Assembly (NCBI GenBank): GCA_900770405.1
Contig: CAAGKL010000099.1
Location: 1 to 51,167, forward strand
Length of the DNA stretch: 51,167 nt
Origin: Clostridia bacterium
Lineage (GTDB): Bacteria > Bacillota > Clostridia > UBA1381
Direction of reading: 5' to 3'
The notes under the pieces are model-generated. The model was not told the origin of the DNA and did no database searches. It saw only the letters and a list, made by a program, of their open reading frames with translations. The translations under genes and the position numbers were made by a program. The first letter of the stretch is position 1; each line of letters opens with the position of its first letter. This document shows positions 9,079 to 18,161 of this stretch, piece after piece.

Positions 9079-9788
9079 GACTTGTCCCAGCCGCTTATGC
9101 CGCTTTGCGAAATCGCGGTGAAAAGCCGCTTTTTCAGCCCGGCATAGGTCTCGTCCTCAAGCTCGCGGATTATTTTTTTCATATCCGCGCGCTTTGTGAT
9201 GCCGTCGGCGGGGCAGCCGCTTTTCTGCACGGGCAGCGCAAGCCTTTCCGCCGTACCGCGGATATCGCCCTCGCGCACGTAAATCAGCGGGCGGATCGAG
9301 TAAATGTCGGTGCGGTCGAGATATGTAACCGGCGAGAAGCAGTTAATTCTGCCCTCGTAGAGCAGGCTGAGCATAAATGTCTCGAGCACGTCATCCATAT
9401 GATGCCCGAGCGCGACGCGCCGGCAGCCGTATTCGATAGCCATATTGTTGAGTGCACCTCGGCGCAGCTTTGCACAAAGCGCGCAGGGGTTGGGCTCTTT
9501 TCTGATGTCAAAAACCACCTCGCGGATATTCGTCGGCTTGACGTGATATTCGACGCCGAGCTCGCGGCAGAAGTCGGCAATGCGCGAAAAATCGCCGTTG
9601 CCGGTCATATCGAGCGTCATCGCGACAACGGTGAATTTTTTCGGATAGTACCGCGAAAGCGCGGCGAGCGATGCCGTCAGGGCAAGGCTGTCTTTGCCGC
9701 CGGATACGCCGACTGCAACGCGGTCGCCGTCGGAAACCATATCGTAATCTTCAACCGCGCGCCGCACAAGGCTTGTAATTCTTTTCAA
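9063..9788 (-). CDS. PP-loop ATP pyrophosphatase, TtcA/tRNA-thiolation family
   Basis: TTG start after AAGGAGAA. SGGKDS PP-loop; Cys clusters PNPCALCAKLRRG and SGCPADG. The ORF-track N-extension (to 9980) overlaps the patatin gene and is rejected. Confidence 0.8.
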   Translation of the reverse strand: MKRITSLVRRAVEDYDMVSDGDRVAVGVSGGKDSLALTASLAALSRYYPKKFTVVAMTLDMTGNGDFSRIADFCRELGVEYHVKPTNIREVVFDIRKEPNPCALCAKLRRGALNNMAIEYGCRRVALGHHMDDVLETFMLSLLYEGRINCFSPVTYLDRTDIYSIRPLIYVREGDIRGTAERLALPVQKSGCPADGITKRADMKKIIRELEDETYAGLKKRLFTAISQSGISGWDKSQPST

Positions 9789-9804
9789 CTTATTTTCTCC
9801 TTCG

Positions 9805-10653
9805 CTATTTCGCAAGATAATCGCGCAGCTCGCCGATACGCGAGCGCATAAGGTCGGCGCCCTTGTCGTAGAGCATACGCAGCACCTTCGGGTCGGACTC
9901 TGTGCGCGCGATGCCCTCGGTGGTGTCGGGGCGCAGAATGAACACTTTTCCGCGGCGCTCGAGCTCCTCAAGCTCGGCAACCTTGCGGTTGTACATATCC
10001 GCGCGGTGCAAAATCGCGGCGGAAAATTCCGAGTATTTGCGGAATTTGCGTGCAGCGTATGCGGTGGCGCGGTCGGTAGTTTTCGTGTAGCCGATTTCGC
10101 GCGTCAGGATCACGATATTTTTGTCGCACCCCTCGTCCATCGCCTTTTTGTAGGGGATTGAGTCGGTGATGCCGCCGTCCATATAATTTTTGCCGTCCAG
10201 GTGGAAAACCGGGAACATAATCGGCAGCGCGCAGCTCGCGCGCATATACATATTGCGGTGGTCGGTGCGGGGCAGCTCGATGTACTCGGGCTTGCCGGTG
10301 TCGAGGTTTGTCACAACGCAGTAAATCTTGCCCGGATACGCCGCCAGCGCGGCATAATCAAACGGCACAATGTGCTCGGGAATGTCGTAGAAAACGTAGT
10401 CCATATTGTAGTAGCTACGGTTTTTCGGGTTCAAAAGATGCCGCAGCCCCATATATTTTTTTGTTGGCATATAGTGCAGCGCAATTTCGAGATTGCGCCC
10501 GTGCTGACCGGAGGCGTAGGACGTTGCGAAGGCAATTCCCGCCGAAACGCCGACGATCACGTCGGCGATAATATTCTCCTCAAGCAGCACATCGGTCACG
10601 CCTGCGGCAAAAACCGACCGCGCCGCGCCGCCCTCAAGTGTCAGACCAAGCAT
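9805..10653 (-). CDS. patatin-like phospholipase family protein
   Basis: LEGGAARSVF oxyanion region, GVSAG (GxSxG nucleophile), MDGGITD (catalytic Asp). The start is set to the ATG preceded by GGGAGATGATTTA; ATGs at 10701 and 10668 lack an RBS. Confidence 0.85.
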   Translation of the reverse strand: MLGLTLEGGAARSVFAAGVTDVLLEENIIADVIVGVSAGIAFATSYASGQHGRNLEIALHYMPTKKYMGLRHLLNPKNRSYYNMDYVFYDIPEHIVPFDYAALAAYPGKIYCVVTNLDTGKPEYIELPRTDHRNMYMRASCALPIMFPVFHLDGKNYMDGGITDSIPYKKAMDEGCDKNIVILTREIGYTKTTDRATAYAARKFRKYSEFSAAILHRADMYNRKVAELEELERRGKVFILRPDTTEGIARTESDPKVLRMLYDKGADLMRSRIGELRDYLAK

Positions 10654-10746
10654 TAAATCATCTCCCATGGTATCATATTGCAGCAGGGTAAAATGCCGCA
10701 TTCAAACAAGCCTATTATAGCATAAAAATCCCAAAAATTCAAGCCC

Positions 10747-11175
10747 TTATTTAAGGCAGTGCAGCAGCGATTTTACGCAGATGCCCACGAAAAGCCCGGC
10801 GGCGAGCCCCAGCAAAATCAGCGCCGGCGCAAGGTACATCACGTGCGCGCCGCGCATCACCGCCGCCGCGGCGGCAAGCTGCCCGACATTGTGCAGCACC
10901 CCGCCGCACATTCCGACGCCCGCCTGCGACATTCCCGCGCGCTTTGCCGCGCACATAGCAAAAAAGGACAGCGCCCCGCCGGAGAGCGCAAAAATCAGCG
11001 CGTTGAGCCCCGAAAACCAAAGGCAGACGGTCAGGACCTTGACCAGCATCACAAAAAACGCGCTCCGTTCGCCGAATTTGTAAAGCGCGAGCATAACCGC
11101 CGTGTTTGCGAGCCCGACCTTGAAGCCGGCAATCGGAATAATCGGCGAAAACAGCGTTTCTATATAGCCGAGCAC
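10747..11175 (-). CDS. Gx transporter family protein (Hpre_diP_synt_I-like), N-terminus unresolved
   Basis: Family-typical GYIETLFSPIIPIAGFKVGLANTAVM. The same frame stays open upstream to 11238 and encodes a family-like first TM (KKIAYIGLLCALAAV) with no canonical start codon. See findings. Confidence 0.7.
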   Translation of the reverse strand: MLGYIETLFSPIIPIAGFKVGLANTAVMLALYKFGERSAFFVMLVKVLTVCLWFSGLNALIFALSGGALSFFAMCAAKRAGMSQAGVGMCGGVLHNVGQLAAAAAVMRGAHVMYLAPALILLGLAAGLFVGICVKSLLHCLK

Positions 11176-11230
11176 CGCCGCGAGGGCACATAAAAGCCCG
11201 ATGTATGCAATTTTTTTCGTGTCCGTAAAA

Positions 11231-11572
11231 TCACCTGCTTACCGCGTCGGCATCGCCGCTTTTGCTGACCGTGACCGTGACGCGGTTGGGCAGACAGACG
11301 ATGCTCCGGTCGGCGTTTTTTATGCGCCCCTGCTTTATGCACAGCTTGTCCGGGCAGGTGGCGCTGTCGATGTATGCACAGCCGCCGCTTATTTGCAGGC
11401 GGTTTTTGCCGCCGATGTCGACGGTGCGCTCGCCGGAGAGCGGATACGAGCCGAAAAGCTCGCCGTTTTTGTAGACGAAAACCCGGTCGCCCGGCGCCTT
11501 GCGGGTCAAAAGAAGGCATATGCCCGCCAGAACCGCCGCAATAATTACAATTATCAAATCTTTTTTCTTCAT
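11231..11572 (-). CDS. NusG domain II-containing membrane-anchored protein
   Basis: N-terminal TM helix plus the CPDKLCIKQGRI...SIVCLPNRVTV motif typical of NusG_II (DUF1312) proteins. 113 aa. Confidence 0.8.
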   Translation of the reverse strand: MKKKDLIIVIIAAVLAGICLLLTRKAPGDRVFVYKNGELFGSYPLSGERTVDIGGKNRLQISGGCAYIDSATCPDKLCIKQGRIKNADRSIVCLPNRVTVTVSKSGDADAVSR

Positions 11573-11639
11573 TTTGAATTGTTAATTAAAAGTTCATAAT
11601 TAATTCATATCAGGGACAAATCTTAATGTTAAAGTATAA

Positions 11640-11666
11640 TTGTAAATTAAAAATCTTAATTTACAA
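11640..11666. promoter_or_regulatory. perfect 11-bp inverted repeat (candidate operator) upstream of the NusG_II/Gx operon
   Basis: TTGTAAATTAA-aaatc-TTAATTTACAA, located in the AT-rich region between the uppP terminator and the operon start. Confidence 0.3.
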
Positions 11667-11699
11667 AACAATATACCTTCCCCTTAATATTTTTATCGA

Positions 11700-11727
11700 A
11701 AGACCGCATCGAAAAATGCGGTCTTTT
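11700..11727. terminator. intrinsic terminator downstream of uppP
   Basis: AGACCGCATcgaaaaATGCGGTCT stem with flanking T tracts. Confidence 0.65.
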
Positions 11728-11738
11728 GGTATGCTTTT

Positions 11739-12566
11739 TTATTTTACGAGGGCGAAGTACACAAGCACAATCACGCCGAGCACAATTCTGTACCAGCCGA
11801 ACGCCTTGAAGTCGTGGTTTCTGATGTAGCCCATAAGGAAACGGATTGCCGCGACCGACACGATGTACGCGACCGCCATTCCGACGAGCAGGATTCCGAG
11901 ATTCTGCCCGAGCAGCGAGCCGCCGTCCATAAGATATTTCACGATTTTGAGCGCGCTTGCGCCGAGCATCACCGGCACGGCGAGGAAAAAGGAAAATTCC
12001 GCCGCCAGCGTCCGCGATGCGCCGAGAATTACCGCGCCGAGGATTGTCGCGCCCGAGCGCGATGTGCCCGGAATGAGCGCCAGCACCTGGAATACGCCGA
12101 TAATCAGCGCGGTTTTAAAGCTCATCGAGGCGATGTCGGACACCTTTTCCGGATTGCGGCGGTTTTCGATTACGATGAACAGCACGCCGTAAATTATCAG
12201 CGCCGCCGCGACTACCCAGGGGTTGTAGAGGTATGTATTGATCGCGTTGTCGAACAGCAGCCCGATTATCGCCGCCGGCACGCACGCCGCCAGCACCTTT
12301 GCCCACATCAGCCAGGTTTCGCGCCGCTCGGCGGCAGATTTTTTTGGTGAGAGAGGGTTGAGCTTGCGGAAATACAGCGTCACCACCGCCAGAATCGAGC
12401 CGAATTGGATTACGACCAAAAACAGGTCGACGAACGCCTTGTCCGTGCCGCCCAAAAGCTTGATAAACTCGTCGGCAAGTATCATATGACCAGTGCTTGA
12501 TATGGGAAGCCATTCGGTAATTCCCTGAATTACGCCGAGCACGGCGGCTTTTAAAAGTTCAATCAC
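11739..12566 (-). CDS. uppP: undecaprenyl-diphosphate phosphatase
   Basis: BacA family: GVIQGITEWLPISSTGH and PGTSRSGATI, polytopic, 275 aa. GTG start after AAGGAG. Confidence 0.92.
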   Translation of the reverse strand: MIELLKAAVLGVIQGITEWLPISSTGHMILADEFIKLLGGTDKAFVDLFLVVIQFGSILAVVTLYFRKLNPLSPKKSAAERRETWLMWAKVLAACVPAAIIGLLFDNAINTYLYNPWVVAAALIIYGVLFIVIENRRNPEKVSDIASMSFKTALIIGVFQVLALIPGTSRSGATILGAVILGASRTLAAEFSFFLAVPVMLGASALKIVKYLMDGGSLLGQNLGILLVGMAVAYIVSVAAIRFLMGYIRNHDFKAFGWYRIVLGVIVLVYFALVK

Positions 12567-12579
12567 GATGTGTACTCCT

Positions 12580-13206
12580 TTATTTCGTCAGATCCGCAGC
12601 AGTGCGGCAGATGATGTCCACGGCGTTGTCGATGCCGATTTTCGATGTGTTCAGGCACAGATCATAGCCCGTCATACCGCCCCATTCCTTGTTGGAATAG
12701 TAGTTGTAGTAGGCGCGGCGCTGCTTTTCCGTCTTGATGATGCGGTCCTCGGCGGTCTTTTTGTCGAGGCTGTAGAGCTTTTCGATGCGGGCGATTTTGA
12801 AATCCATATCCGCATAGAGAAATATGTCGAGCGTCCTGCACGGCTCGCTTTCGAGCACATAGTCGGCGCATCTGCCGACGATTACGCAGGGCCCCTCGGA
12901 CGCGGCGCGCTTTATAACGTCGGACTGCGCGATGAAGAGTTTGTCATTGATGGGCATTTCGTAGTACATCGGCGAGGTGAGACCGCGCAGACCCGCACCC
13001 ATAACGAGGGAGTAGAGAAGGCTCTTTGACGCCTTTTCGTCGACGCTGTTTAAAACGCTTTCGTCGATGTTGCTCTTCTTTGCGGCGAGCGTTACGAGCT
13101 CCTCGTCGTAGAAGGTGTAGCCGAGCGCGTCGGCAACTCTTTTGCCGACCTCCTTGCCGCCCGAGCCGAAGTGCCTGCCGATAGTTATTACCGTGTTATT
13201 TGCCAT
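12580..13206 (-). CDS. cytidylate kinase-like family protein
   Basis: ITIGRHFGSGGKEVGKRVA P-loop-like N-terminus, 208 aa, typical of the clostridial cytidylate-kinase-like family. Confidence 0.75.
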   Translation of the reverse strand: MANNTVITIGRHFGSGGKEVGKRVADALGYTFYDEELVTLAAKKSNIDESVLNSVDEKASKSLLYSLVMGAGLRGLTSPMYYEMPINDKLFIAQSDVIKRAASEGPCVIVGRCADYVLESEPCRTLDIFLYADMDFKIARIEKLYSLDKKTAEDRIIKTEKQRRAYYNYYSNKEWGGMTGYDLCLNTSKIGIDNAVDIICRTAADLTK

Positions 13207-13261
13207 AATTCAAACCTCACTTTCAGGGATTTTAAATCTATTAACGAAATTTTGTACCCTA

Positions 13262-13290
13262 ATTATATCACAGCCTGCGCTAAAATTCAA
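13262..13290 (-). promoter_or_regulatory. sigma-A type promoter for the cytidylate-kinase-like gene
   Basis: Minus strand: TTGAAT, 17-nt spacer, TATAAT. The -35 lies inside the 3' end of the transglycosylase gene. Confidence 0.5.
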
Positions 13291-13843
13291 GCTCGGATTT
13301 TCCGCCGTAGAGCTTTTTGTAAGTCTTGTAATAGCGGCGGATTTTGTCGACATAGCCGTCGGTTTCGCCGAAGGGGATTTTGTCGAGCTTTTTGCCGCCG
13401 GCGGAAATTTCGCTGTCGGAAAGCCAGCGCGTGACGGTCGCGGGGCCTGCGTTGTAGGCGCACAGCGCCGTGTGAATATCGCCGAATTTGTCGATTAAGT
13501 ACGCAAGATACCAGCACCCCATACGTATGTTTGTGCGCGGCTCGAGCCGCTTGTCATAGTCGAGCCCGGTCTTTTCGCTGACAAAGCGCGCCGTGTCGTC
13601 GGTCAGCTGCATCAGCCCGTGCGCGATGTGCGAGTGCGCATTCTCGTTAAAGCCCGACTCCGCCTTAATCAGCGCGGCGACGAGGTACGGGTCGAGGTTG
13701 TTTTCCGCCGCCGCGGCGGAAATTTCAAGCTTGTAGTCAAAGGGGTAGAGCTTTTTCAAAAACACCGAAAAATCCCCCCGCGCCGCGTAAACAGCCGCCA
13801 GCACGAGCGAAAAAAACAGCATCAGTTTAAGGAATTTTTTCAC
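13280..13843 (-). CDS. lytic transglycosylase (SLT domain) with N-terminal membrane anchor
   Basis: GTG start after GGAGGA, overlapping the coaE stop (GTGA). Motifs: LIKAESGFN (catalytic Glu), GLMQL, AYNAGP. Confidence 0.85.
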   Translation of the reverse strand: MKKFLKLMLFFSLVLAAVYAARGDFSVFLKKLYPFDYKLEISAAAAENNLDPYLVAALIKAESGFNENAHSHIAHGLMQLTDDTARFVSEKTGLDYDKRLEPRTNIRMGCWYLAYLIDKFGDIHTALCAYNAGPATVTRWLSDSEISAGGKKLDKIPFGETDGYVDKIRRYYKTYKKLYGGKSELEF

Positions 13844-14448
13844 GAATTTTCCTCCGAAAAACCGATTTGGGAGAGTATTTCGCGCACTCTTTCGTCGAGC
13901 GACTGCGAGCCGTCGTTGTTGATTAAAAAGCGGCAGGACGCAGCGTAAAAATAGTCGCCGGGCTGCGCCCTTATGCGCAAAAGCGCCTCCCGGTCGGAGA
14001 TGCCGTCGCGCGCGGTGATGCGCGCAATGCGCACCTGCTCGGGCGCGTAAACGCCGACCAAAAATTCGCACATTTCCTCAATCGGGCTGCCGATGATTAC
14101 CGCGCCGTCGATTGCCGCCGCGCGCTCGCCCGCCGAGGCAAGGCGCAAAATAATTTCTTCCTTTATATATTTATGTGTAATTCTGTTTAATATGAGCAGC
14201 TCGTGCGGGTCGGAAAAGACGATTGAGCCGAGCTTTTTGCGCAGAAGCCGACCGTCCGCATCGAATACGCCGTCGCCGAAATGTCGGCGGATTTCGCCGC
14301 AGGCGCGGCTTTGCGGTTCGGTGACAACGCGCGAAATCTCGTCCGCGTCAATCACGCGCACGCCGTGGCGGCGGAAGATGTCGCTGACGTAGCTTTTGCC
14401 GCTGCCGCTGCCGCCGGTTATGCCGAAAATAAGCCTATTTGCAGTCAT
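13840..14448 (-). CDS. coaE: dephospho-CoA kinase
   Basis: GITGGSGSGKS P-loop and VIDADE. ATG at 14448 lies 7 nt after GGGAGG and overlaps the polA 3' end. Confidence 0.9.
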   Translation of the reverse strand: MTANRLIFGITGGSGSGKSYVSDIFRRHGVRVIDADEISRVVTEPQSRACGEIRRHFGDGVFDADGRLLRKKLGSIVFSDPHELLILNRITHKYIKEEIILRLASAGERAAAIDGAVIIGSPIEEMCEFLVGVYAPEQVRIARITARDGISDREALLRIRAQPGDYFYAASCRFLINNDGSQSLDERVREILSQIGFSEENS

Positions 14449-17080
14449 ACCATGACCTCCCGCTTTCAATGTCCGCCTTGAGCGGCACGCCGATTTGCGC
14501 CGCGCCCTCCATTTCCTCCTTCAGGATTTTGCGCACCGCCTGCTCGTCCGCGGGCGCAGCCTCGACGATGAGCTCGTCGTGCACCTGCAAAATCAGCCGC
14601 GCGGCGGGCAGCTCGCGCGAGAGCCGTGCGTGCACGCGCACCATTGCGAGCTTGATTATGTCCGCCGCCGTGCCCTGAATCGGCGCGTTCATCGCGGCGC
14701 GCTCGCCGAACATACGCGTGTTGTAGTTTGACACGCGCAGCTCGGGAATGTAGCGTATGCGGTTAAAAAGCGTTTTGACGTAGCCGTTTTCCCTGGCGAA
14801 CGCCTTTGTTTGGTCCATAAAATCGCGCACACCGCTGTAGTGCTCGAGATAGTCGGCGATGTAGGCGCGCGCCTCGGCGACGGAGATTTTCAGATCCTTC
14901 GCAAGGGAAAATTCGCCGATACCGTAGACGATGCCGAAATTGACCGCCTTCGCGCCGGAGCGCTGCTCCTTGGTGACGCTGTCCGAGGGAATTTTCAGAA
15001 CCTGCGCCGCCGTTTCGGTGTGAATGTCGCGCCCGGAAAGGAACGCGTCACGCATCGCCGCGTCGTTCGCCATCGCCGCGAGCACGCGCAGCTCAATCTG
15101 CGAGTAGTCCGCGTCAACGAGAATACGCCCCTCGGGCGCAACGAACATTCTGCGGATTTCGCGCCCGAGCTCGGTGCGGGTCGGAATGTTCTGCAAATTC
15201 GGTTCGGTCGAGCTTATTCTGCCGGTGACGGTCACGGTCTGGTTAAAGACCGAGTGGATTCTGCCGTCCTCGGGCGAGAGGCTCGCCGCGAGCGCGTCGC
15301 AGTAGGTTGATTTGAGCTTTGCCGCCTTGCGGTATTCGAGCACGAGCGGCACAATCGGGTGCTCAAATGCGAGCTCCTCGAGGATTTCGGCGCTTGTCGA
15401 ATAGCCGGTTTTTTTCTTGCGCCCGTGCTTTAGACCGAGCCTGTCGAAGAGAATTTCGCCCAGCTGCTTCGGTGAATTTATGTTAAATTTCCCGCCCGCG
15501 AGCGCGTAAATTTCCTGCTCAAGCTCGCCTATGCGCCCGCCCAGATGCTCGCCGAACGCGGCAAGGCTGCCCTTGTCGACGTACATTCCGGCAAGCTGCA
15601 TATCGGCAAGCACGCCGACGAGCGGCAGCTCGATGTCAAAATACAGCTTGTGCTGCCCGTTTTTTTCGAGTAGCGCAAGGGTCTTGTCCCGCAGCGGCGC
15701 AAGCAGCAGCGCGCGTGTCGCGATATTTTCGTCCGCGCCCGCCTCCTCGTCGTCGAACATCGAAATCTGCGAGCTTTCCTCGCCGTCGGTAAAGCTCCTG
15801 CCGAAATGCTCGATACACAGCGAGTCGATTGAGTAGCCGCTTTTTGCGGAATTTATGAGGTACGCCGCGATTGCGACGTCGTAGGCGAGGGAGTTTAAGT
15901 GAATTTGCGGCGCGAGCGCACAGATTGCCTCCTTTGCGTTAAAGCAGATTTTCGCGGGACGCTCGGCAGCAAAAACCGGCGCAAGCATGCGCAGCGCATC
16001 GGCGGTCGCCTCGACGGAGCAGCCGTCATTGCCGCAGGCGATGCCTATGCGGCGGATTTTGTCGTTGTCAAGGTCAAAAATGAGGGAAATCTCGTCCGCG
16101 CGCAGAAGCTTTTCGCACAGCGCGGAAAGCTCGCCGAGGTCGGAAATGACGGATTTTGTGCAATCCTCGATCGGGTTTTCGCCCGCCGGCGCGGCGCTCT
16201 GTACGCCGGAAAAATCCAGCCGCTTTACGATGCTCATAAGCCCGAGCGCAGTCAGCGCGTCGCGCAGCTCGGCGGTTTTCGTGACCGTGCCGCGCGCGCT
16301 GTCGAAGTCGAGCTCAATCGGCACCGCGGTATCAATGGTCGCGAGCGTTTTCGACAGGTATGCCATATCCTTGCCCTCGCGCAGCTTGCGCTCCTGCGCG
16401 CCGGTAAAGCCGTTTTCGTCGAAATTTTCGTAGATGCGGTCGATTGACTTGAATTTCGCAATCAGCGAAACGGCGGTTTTCTCGCCGATGCCCGCAACGC
16501 CGGGGATGTTGTCGGACGGGTCGCCCATCAGCGCCTTCACGTCGATAAATTCGGACGGCGTCACGCCGTAGCGTTCGAAAACGCGCGCCGGGGTGTATTC
16601 CTCGGTGGCGGTCACGCCGTTTTTGGTCGAGGTCAGAAGAATCGAGCAGAAATCACCCGCGAGCTGTAAATCGTCCTTGTCGCCGGTCGCGACAAGGCAC
16701 TTGATTTTGCGCCGTGCGCACTCGGCGGCAACGGTGCCGATGATGTCGTCCGCTTCAAAGCCCGCCAGCTCCAGCCGCGCAATGCCCATTTTGTCGAGCA
16801 GGTCCTTTGCGGGCTGCATCTGCGCCGCGAGGTCGTCGGGCATAGGCTTGCGCTGCGCCTTGTAGCCGTCGTAGAGCTTGTGGCGGAAGGTGGGCGCCTT
16901 GAGGTCAAAAGCTGCGAAAATGTAGTCGGGCTTTTGCTCGTCGATTATTTTGAGCAGTGTCATCAAAAAGCCGTAAATCGCGTTCGTCGGCGTGCCGTCC
17001 GGCGCGGAGAGAAAGCTGTGCACGCCGTAAAATGCGCGGTTTATCAGGCTGTTCGAGTCAATTATCAGAAGCTTTTCCAT
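14435..17080 (-). CDS. polA: DNA polymerase I
   Basis: 5' nuclease domain (LLIIDSNSLINRAFYG). Pol motifs A DYSQIELR, B RSGAKAVNFGIVYG, C QVHDE. The exo-I region reads FDLDND, lacking the DxE Glu, as in many Firmicutes enzymes. Start re-set to MEKLLIID. Confidence 0.95.
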   Translation of the reverse strand: MEKLLIIDSNSLINRAFYGVHSFLSAPDGTPTNAIYGFLMTLLKIIDEQKPDYIFAAFDLKAPTFRHKLYDGYKAQRKPMPDDLAAQMQPAKDLLDKMGIARLELAGFEADDIIGTVAAECARRKIKCLVATGDKDDLQLAGDFCSILLTSTKNGVTATEEYTPARVFERYGVTPSEFIDVKALMGDPSDNIPGVAGIGEKTAVSLIAKFKSIDRIYENFDENGFTGAQERKLREGKDMAYLSKTLATIDTAVPIELDFDSARGTVTKTAELRDALTALGLMSIVKRLDFSGVQSAAPAGENPIEDCTKSVISDLGELSALCEKLLRADEISLIFDLDNDKIRRIGIACGNDGCSVEATADALRMLAPVFAAERPAKICFNAKEAICALAPQIHLNSLAYDVAIAAYLINSAKSGYSIDSLCIEHFGRSFTDGEESSQISMFDDEEAGADENIATRALLLAPLRDKTLALLEKNGQHKLYFDIELPLVGVLADMQLAGMYVDKGSLAAFGEHLGGRIGELEQEIYALAGGKFNINSPKQLGEILFDRLGLKHGRKKKTGYSTSAEILEELAFEHPIVPLVLEYRKAAKLKSTYCDALAASLSPEDGRIHSVFNQTVTVTGRISSTEPNLQNIPTRTELGREIRRMFVAPEGRILVDADYSQIELRVLAAMANDAAMRDAFLSGRDIHTETAAQVLKIPSDSVTKEQRSGAKAVNFGIVYGIGEFSLAKDLKISVAEARAYIADYLEHYSGVRDFMDQTKAFARENGYVKTLFNRIRYIPELRVSNYNTRMFGERAAMNAPIQGTAADIIKLAMVRVHARLSRELPAARLILQVHDELIVEAAPADEQAVRKILKEEMEGAAQIGVPLKADIESGRSWYDCK

Positions 17081-17111
17081 AGTAAAATTAATCCCTTTCG
17101 CAAAGCTGAGT

Positions 17112-17786
17112 TCAGCTGTTGATGTTTTCAATCTGCCAGTCGATTTCCTTTTTGTTCATCGCCTTTAAGATGCTGTTCGCCTCGGCGAAATGCCCGCAGC
17201 CGAAGAACCCGCGCGAGGCGGAGAGGGGGCTCGGGTGCGGCGCTTCGAGAATGAAATGCTGCGGCGCGCGGATAATTTCGCGCTTTTTGCGCGCATTTGC
17301 GCCCCAGAGCAGGAAGATAATCGGCTCGGGGCGGTCATTTAAGAGCTCGCAGACGCGGTCGGTGAAAATTTCCCAGCCCTTGTTTTGGTGGGAATTCGGC
17401 TCGGCGGCGCGGACGGTGAGCGAGCTGTTGAGCAGCAGAACGCCCTGGCGCGCCCATTTGGTCAGGCAGCCGTTGTCAGGGATATAGAGCCCGAGCTCGC
17501 TTTTGAGCTCCTTGTAGATGTTTAAAAGCGACGGCGGAATGTCGACGCCGGGCAGCACGGAAAATGCGAGCCCGTGCGCCTGGTGCTCGCCGTGGTAGGG
17601 GTCTTGCCCGAAAATCACGACCCGCACGTCGCGGTAAGCGGTGGTGCAAAGCGCCGCAAAGATGTCGCGCCGCTCGGGATAAACAGTGTGTTCGGCGTAC
17701 TCCTTTTTTAAAAATTCCGTAAGCTCGCGGTAGTACGGCTTGTCAAATTCCGGCGCCAAAAGCGCGTCCCAGTCGTTGTTAAACAT
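17112..17786 (-). CDS. ung: uracil-DNA glycosylase (family 1)
   Basis: GQDPYHG, GVLLLN and HPSPLSA motifs; 224 aa. Confidence 0.95.
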   Translation of the reverse strand: MFNNDWDALLAPEFDKPYYRELTEFLKKEYAEHTVYPERRDIFAALCTTAYRDVRVVIFGQDPYHGEHQAHGLAFSVLPGVDIPPSLLNIYKELKSELGLYIPDNGCLTKWARQGVLLLNSSLTVRAAEPNSHQNKGWEIFTDRVCELLNDRPEPIIFLLWGANARKKREIIRAPQHFILEAPHPSPLSASRGFFGCGHFAEANSILKAMNKKEIDWQIENINS

Positions 17787-17887
17787 AGCTTGTCCTCACA
17801 ATTTACATATTTTAACTATATTATACTCCATTTCCACCGATTTTGCACTACCTTTTTTAAGAAAAGATTAAATTATTATTTCACAGG

Positions 17888-17916
17888 TTGAAATGGGGGC
17901 GAAAATGCGCTATAAT
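17888..17916 (+). promoter_or_regulatory. sigma-A type promoter for the small-ORF transcript
   Basis: TTGAAA, 17-nt spacer, TATAAT. A second TTGACA at 17931 has a poor -10 (TAAGCT). Confidence 0.55.
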
Positions 17917-18026
17917 AGAATGAGATACGATTGACAAATTCGCGGATATGTGGTAAGCTTAATATGGTAGTCGGGACGCGGTGACTGTTCCGCACACCTC
18001 TGAATGAAGGAAAGGGGGTGTGTTTT

Positions 18027-18089
18027 ATGGAAGATTTGAGCATAATATTGTTTTTGATATTGCTTATAATTATTTACATAAAAAAATAG
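18027..18089 (+). CDS. 20-aa hydrophobic peptide MEDLSIILFLILLIIIYIKK (candidate type I toxin)
   Basis: ATG 8 nt after AAAGGGGG. A single TM-length hydrophobic core with a C-terminal KK. The SD is half-buried in an 8-bp stem (CACACCTC/GGGGGTGTG). The stop codon sits inside a hairpin shared with a convergent sRNA. The ORF is below the ORF-track size cutoff. Confidence 0.45.
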   Translation: MEDLSIILFLILLIIIYIKK

Positions 18090-18161
18090 TCACCCATTCT
18101 GCAGATGAGTGACTAAATAAGTAACCAATGCGGAACGTTCGCGCGTCCCCATTACCCCTTC
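18080..18161 (-). ncRNA. approx. 82-nt antisense sRNA (copy A; candidate type I antitoxin)
   Basis: Own promoter. Starts near GAAGGGGTAATGGGGACG. Hairpin GGGACG/CGTTCC, then an 11-bp terminator stem TAGTCACTCAT/ATGGGTGACTA followed by T7. Fully complementary to the 3' end of the small-ORF transcript. Confidence 0.5.

Noticed and set aside
9805-10653. Patatin-like lipase as a CBASS or other anti-phage effector
   Set aside because: No nucleotidyltransferase, cyclase, SAVED or sensor gene is adjacent, and the neighbours are housekeeping-type. There is no support for a defence system.
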